NCBI GenBank assembly: GCA_001244265.2
Contig: CDLV01000006.1
Span: forward strand, 2,542,001 to 2,606,000
DNA length: 64,000 nt
Direction of reading: 5' to 3'
Source of the DNA: Microbotryum violaceum
Taxonomy: Eukaryota
A program made the translations under genes and the position numbers. A model generated the notes under the pieces. The model did no database searches. It was not told where the DNA came from and saw only the letters and a list, made by a program, of their open reading frames with translations. Shown here one piece after another: positions 58,257-64,000 of this stretch (position 1 is its first letter; each line of letters starts with the position of its first letter).

Positions 58257-60345
58257 GCAAGTCAGCTCGTAGAACAACATAGTCACCAATCCGTTGGTGG
58301 TCCTGTTGCCGGTTGGATAAGCGAGATGACCGCGCATTGCGTCGAAGTGGTAGCGAGCCGCCTCTTCCTCGTAACCGACAATTGCATCCGTAGCGAAATG
58401 CTCACCGCTGAGAATGTAGCGCACCTCTGAACGAAGAGACCAGACGAGCTCCATTTGGCCCGAGACAGCCAAGCGAAGTTCACGCGGGGGTTGCTCGCGG
58501 CGAGGATACTGGTTGTTAATGTTGAATACAAGCACACGAGGAAGCGAGGTGATCGAACGATCTGCGGGGTGTAAGAGCGTCCGATGCAATCGCTCTTGTG
58601 ATAACGACGCCCAGTATTTTGTTTCTCTACGTCCGCCATTGCTGGTTGCCCAACAAGTGAGCCAAATACCTCCGACAGAGTTGGCTCGCTAAGGTTTAGA
58701 CTCGATAGTAGGATGAGCCAGTCGACAATGAAGTGTCGTCTTGGCAAGATCTCAATTTGTACGCACTGCAGGCCGAGCAATAACCAGCTCGCTGAAAGTG
58801 GGTCTCGATCTGAACTCGGGCCGTCGAGGTTGACTAGTGATCCCGCGGTATTGGTATTGGTATGTAATCGACCGTAAAGGTGTAAAGCGACACGAGCCAG
58901 CTCTGCGGACGACAAGAGCGATCAGCCCAATGCGGATTTATGGTAAGCTAAAGAACCTTGATCGACTGACCGATGGGTCGCTGTATTCCCCTCGCTTGAG
59001 CGAAGTTGTATAATCACTCTTACGTTCGTTTATTAACACGATCACCGAACTTATAATCCGCTCGCGCATTGAAGTACGCTTCGGATGCATCCTTCAATAC
59101 GAGTTTCGGATCATAGTCGTAGGCTAGCTACTCGCGAATGAGGCTCCAGATCTCGAGGGCCAGTGTCTGACCTTGAAGTGCGATTAGTTAAATTTCGATG
59201 CGAGGCGATCTTTGGTCCAGGAAGACGAGAACACGAACTTCAGTCAACGGTCGATAGCAGAGTCAACGATTGGTGAGGAACCAATCAAGAGGACTCCGCA
59301 CCGCCGCTGACGCAGTCCGCGCCTCCCTGGCCAAAATGGCTTAAACTACTCAAAAACCCCAAAGACGCTTCTAGCCATTACTGCTCGCGCAGTCCCTTCC
59401 AACACGATTGTCTCCTCCATTTCCAGCTTGGCACACATGGAGGGGTTGGTGATAAAGAGGCAGTCCATGTGCATTAGCCACTCTTTCAGCCCGGTGGCGA
59501 CCGAGAGCAATCCAACCAAGGCTGAATCAAGCCAGCAGGAATGGTTGTGCCATGAACCTTGGACAATGGCCATCCGTTTGCTGCATTGCTGCTCGGATCG
59601 AAGCCAAAAGTCTTTGTGGAGTGTGGCAATCGTGCTGTTTTGGAGTTCGAGGGGCGTCGAGCTGGACACTGCCTTCGGCGGAGATAATACCAAGCTTGCT
59701 TGAGATGTGGATAAGGACTTTCGTCCGAATCGTCCGAATCGGATAGCGCTTGAGAAGTCATGATAGGCCCATTTTTGGAAACCGCTTTGGCCGGCCTTGA
59801 TTGCGCACCGCGCAGTTTACTTTTGCTTCTCGGATCGACGGGTTGCTGCCATGAGCGAGCTAAATCTATCGTGATCAAATCGTCGATCTCAATCGGTGAG
59901 ACTGGCATGGGCCGCGACAACGAGCTGGGCGGCGCGTTTGATGACTTGGAAACGCCTATCCCGGGATAACGAGCACTGGGAGAAGCGAACGCAACTGACG
60001 CTTCTGGCATGTTGGCGTCACTGATATAAGACGAAGGCACTTCTCTGCGTTCCTTGATCTCTTTCATATGAGCGCGGGTGTTGCCTCGCTCGTGATAGGT
60101 CGAGCTCTTGACGTAGCCATCTGCATATCTGCATGGACGGGATGAGAATAAAGTCAGACTCAATGGTGAAAAATGTCCTGATGCAGGCGCGCCGCATTGA
60201 CCAGCTGCATGCATATCAATGTTGTCGGTCAGATTCGCGAAGTCAAGAAGCCGCATCACTCCTTCCACCGGGCCATATCGTTCGTTGCCGCACCGTGCCG
60301 ATCGGCTACCGGCGCCCCGGCGCCTGCCTATCTTGAGCATATAGC
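58257..60345 (-). pseudogene. Decayed USP/USPL1-like papain-fold peptidase inside the TIR element
   Basis: In order: WHNHSCWLDSALVGL (Cys box), GEYSDPS-SWLVSL, ITSLPRVLVFNI, WSLRSEVRY...GEHFAT (His), RYHFDAM (Asp), VTMLFYEL; stops and frameshifts between them. Confidence 0.6.
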
Positions 60346-61116
60346 CCAAGAGAAGAGTGATGTGCTGTGTCGTGTTTTATAGCACGTGACTTTCTAGCCG
60401 CAGGAGCTTCCACAATCCTCGATATTATACCATCTTCAGGGGAGTAGAAGGCTAATCATTCAAAACCTGCGTAAGTGCGACTCGGCTGAGTGTGGCGGGA
60501 TGGGTCCGCACTTGGCCGGATGGGTCCGCACTTCGCTGAGCCAAGTGCGGACCGCAGACCGCCATGTGCGGACACTTGACCGACGCATGTGCGGACATGA
60601 GGCTGCGGCACGGCTGCGGTCCGCACATGATGATTTGAAATCACCATAAGTCTTGCAACACATATCGTATCATGTTCTTCTTGCAGGTTCAACCTAGAAA
60701 TACTTATATATTTGTCCTACGACATCGAAAAGATACGATATCGTCATGTATTGACCTATAATCAAGTGTCCGCACATGTGCGGACATTTGTACAACCTCT
60801 CGCTCGACGGGTCTTGACGTCCTGACGTCCTGACCGCTCCTGCCGCGTGGGGTTGCAGGGTTGTTGGAACTTGACTTCTCGATCGGATTTCTTCGGCGGC
60901 AGAAGCAATCAGGCGGTTGGTTAGGGTCACCCGACAGTGCTATCACGACGGACGTAGCTGGGCGACACCTCTACCTCGAAGGTACTACTAGCCTCCCCTT
61001 CTGTGGAAATCTGCTCTCCCGCCCGTTGCCGAACGATCGCACCGCCTCATCTCCTGTCGCCTTGCCAACGTAGGTGAACAGCCTTAACCTTAACGGAGGT
61101 CGTCCGCTGCGCAATC

Positions 61117-63891
61117 ATGCTACCACGCAGACTAGACGATTATAACGTTACTTCAGAGCTCATGGTCGGAAAACCAGGACAACAGCAACTGCAACACGAC
61201 TCAATGGCGTCTCACTCGCCACCGACACGTTGGCAGTCGGGTGATGTACTGGCACCCGTCCGTTCCAAGTCTGACTCAGTCGCTGCGAATCTCGTCCAAG
61301 CCTGCGCACCAAGTCCCCACTCGGGACCTCGGCGAGCGCCACCCATTCATCGCTCGACGGCTCCACCTTGCTCGGGAGGGCTCGACCAACGTACCCCATC
61401 CAATCGAGGAACGGTCGAAAATGGCGACACTTCAAAAAGATGGCTCTGGAGCCATGAATCACTGTCTTCGTCATCGTCATCATCGCCTTTCCCAGCGTCG
61501 CGTCAAGGGACACTGGCAGGCCTCGGCGGCGGTGACACCGGTGCGAGTGGACTTTCGATGTCCCATATCTCGTCTGCATACTCGCGACTCCTACCGGCAA
61601 AAGGCTCCCTGCAGCCAGCTCAGAACGGTTTGAGACCTCTGATGTATCGCTTGGGGTCAAGGCGGTATCGATCAAGCCGAACCATGGCTTTGTGGACGGC
61701 GCTGATTTTCATCTTGCTCATCGTTCTCTACGCGTCCCCACTCGATGACGGTCTCGAGCACTTTATATCAAATCAATCGGACGTATCTTTCATGCCCTCC
61801 AAACTACAACAATCGCTTGGAGTGCTTCGAAACGGTGTCAAGTCTGGCGTGCGCCAAGCGGTGAACCAACTACCCAAGCTGCCCTGGGTATCCGCAGTCA
61901 CTGATCGGGCGTCTCGGAGCAAGTCCATCAAGATATCGATGCTTCCAATAAAGCCGGACTATCCCACCCATAACCATCCCGAAGAACGCTACATCGGGTT
62001 CTTACCCCATTCCGGCTTCGACCAGCAGCGCAGCGCCTTTGCGACGGCCCTCATGCTTGGCAAGAAGCTCAATCGGACTGTCCTTGTTCCCCCCGTTTGG
62101 CTCGGGAAGCCAAATCCTTACAAACCTTATGATCAGCTTCAAGGGTCGTGGAACGATGCGCTGCATCAGTATCCGTCGTCGTTCCGGATCTCCGGTGACA
62201 AAGGAAGGTTTCCGTCCTCTACTAAGTCTCCACTCCTCAAGCCGGGCAATTACTCCTCGACGCTAAACGGAGCACTGGATATTGGGAAGGTGAGAGCTTG
62301 TCAACTTCGCCGCCCCTATATCAGCTTTCACTAACCTGATACTAGACACCACTGATACAACAGCTCCAGCTGACTTTGGGACCAGACACGATGGAAAACG
62401 CGGCAGACTGCAAACCCTCCGATGCTGAGTGTCAAAAACCAAGCACTACGTTCGTTTCTTGGGATCGACTCGTCGACTTGGACGCGGTTACGAGAAATAA
62501 CGGAGTCAAGCTGGTGAATCGTTGGGACATGCGAGAGAAAGCTCTGGAGCAATTGCTGGAAAAGCGGCCCGAGGACTTTGTGAGTACTCCTTCGGTCCAT
62601 TCCTCCGTTTATGCCAGCGTCGGTCACCAATGTGACGCCCATCTGAACGCCTACAGTTCATTCTCCATGACCAATCACACGACGATCTCAGCTTCTTGGA
62701 TGATATCTCCGGGAAAGTGGGCGTGGGGGCCTTTACCAACCAGTCCACACCACCCCTCTTGCACTCCGCATCAGGCTCAAGTTCCGATCGTTCTGGCTCG
62801 CGCGAAGTTTCCCTCAGTGCGCTCAACATGCTTTCCCAAAAGGTTTTGTTGGTTGGAAGTCTAGCGGGGACTATGCGCCTGCAATCTCTGGATCCTGCCC
62901 TGTCAAGTCTCCATCAGTCGCTGGCTTTCCGTTCTTCTCGATTGATCGCCCCTGCTCGAGCGATGCGGCATCGTCTTGGTGGAGCGTACGGTTATGCCGG
63001 TGTGTACGCTAGGATCAGGAACAAAACAAACAAGGACCCCACCGAGCTCTATTTGGGTGAAGCATGGCATGACCTTGTCGCTCGGTTGAAGATTGAGCCG
63101 TCCGTTGCCCAGGCCATGTGGGAGCTCGTCCGTCCGGTCAACGAGAAGTGCAGCGTTTCAAAGTCGACTCCAACTCGTTCATCCTCGCGGAAGAAGTCAA
63201 GGTTGAAGAAGATCCGTCTCAGCGCTGATGTCCTGTCCGGTGCTCCCAAGAGACCCTTGGGCCTCAAAACGGGAAGCACCATCTTCGAAGATGATACTAC
63301 CGTGTTCTCTTTGCCGGCGACCACGAGCCACCATAGGCTTCATCGACGTCACATTCGAGGCGAACAGTCCCCTTCCCCAGATCTGGTTTTCAACCAATGT
63401 CGTAGTAATGTTCATACGGACAGCGAACACCTCCCATTCAATACCCCTATCTACCTCGCGACCAACTCCCCTGATCCTGAAGGCGATCCCAAGCTAGCGA
63501 TTTTCTTCAAGGCCTTTCCATGCACGTTCATTCGGTCGGACTTCGAGGTCCCGAGTAAGATGAACGGTGGAGAAGTGGTGGAGAGTCTCTTGAAATTGAG
63601 GAGGTTGGTCAATGTCAACGATGGAGCGGCTCTTGGCCAGATGTTTGAACCTCTATTGGACCAGACTGTGGTGGCGATGGCGATGATCTCCATGCAGGCA
63701 AAAGGAACGCTGTCGAGCAGTAAGTAGTTCGCGCTCATCCCGACCTATTCTTTTTTTAAACGACTGAACCATCTTTCCCGATCGCAGCTTTTGTGGAACG
63801 AGACCTCCATACTGCCTACCGCCAAGACCGCTACGACGAACAACAGGTGCCGGCGGAGAGCAACCACGGCACCGTCTTTGGGCATTGGTGA
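61117..63891 (+). CDS. O-fucosyltransferase-like (CigA-like) type II membrane protein, paralog 2 (divergent motifs)
   Basis: TM LWTALIFILLIVLYA; FLPHSGFDQQR...LNRTVLVPP; RWDMRE; IYLATN; FPCTFIRSDF; collinear with paralog 1. Confidence 0.75.
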
Positions 63892-64000
63892 AGCTCACTC
63901 AAAGATTTGCAGGTGCTCGCGTACATGTTTGATTCATAACATTTTCGGATCGAAATTTTCGCCTGAGTTACATTTAGACCATCGGATAGGTATCTATTGA

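Larger units (their letters stand above)
52639..60799. mobile_element. Mutator-like TIR DNA transposon, non-autonomous or internally deleted, carrying a USP-like gene and a nested Copia
   Basis: Inverted repeats 52639-52931 and 60516-60799 (outermost ~12 bp imperfect); flanking direct repeat TCGCTCGAC at 52630-52638 and 60800-60808. Confidence 0.75.

Overview
Intron-rich fungal genomic DNA, most consistent with a basidiomycete of the Pucciniomycotina/Microbotryomycetes (inferred from gene style and intron signals, not verified). 1-42 kb is gene-dense: subtilisin C-terminus, HSV2-type PROPPIN, p24, EAF1, RluA-type pseudouridine synthase, eIF3a, a pseudogenised FAD oxidase, CCH1, mitoferrin, XPT1/HPT1, a P450, a BAR-PH-ArfGAP and an O-fucosyltransferase-like (CigA-like) gene. 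42-61 kb is mostly transposon debris (Helitron, L1/Tx1-type LINE, repeats) around one HxxxDG acyltransferase. A second, divergent CigA-like paralog follows at 61-64 kb. The most notable structure is an ~8.2 kb Mutator-like element (52639-60799) with ~290 bp TIRs and a 9-10 bp target-site duplication. It has no recognisable transposase but carries a decayed USP-fold (ubiquitin/SUMO isopeptidase-like) gene. A Ty1/Copia element with TG...AA LTR ends inserted at the end of that domain, and the Copia integrase is itself split by a solo LTR. Exon boundaries were read by eye and are approximate.
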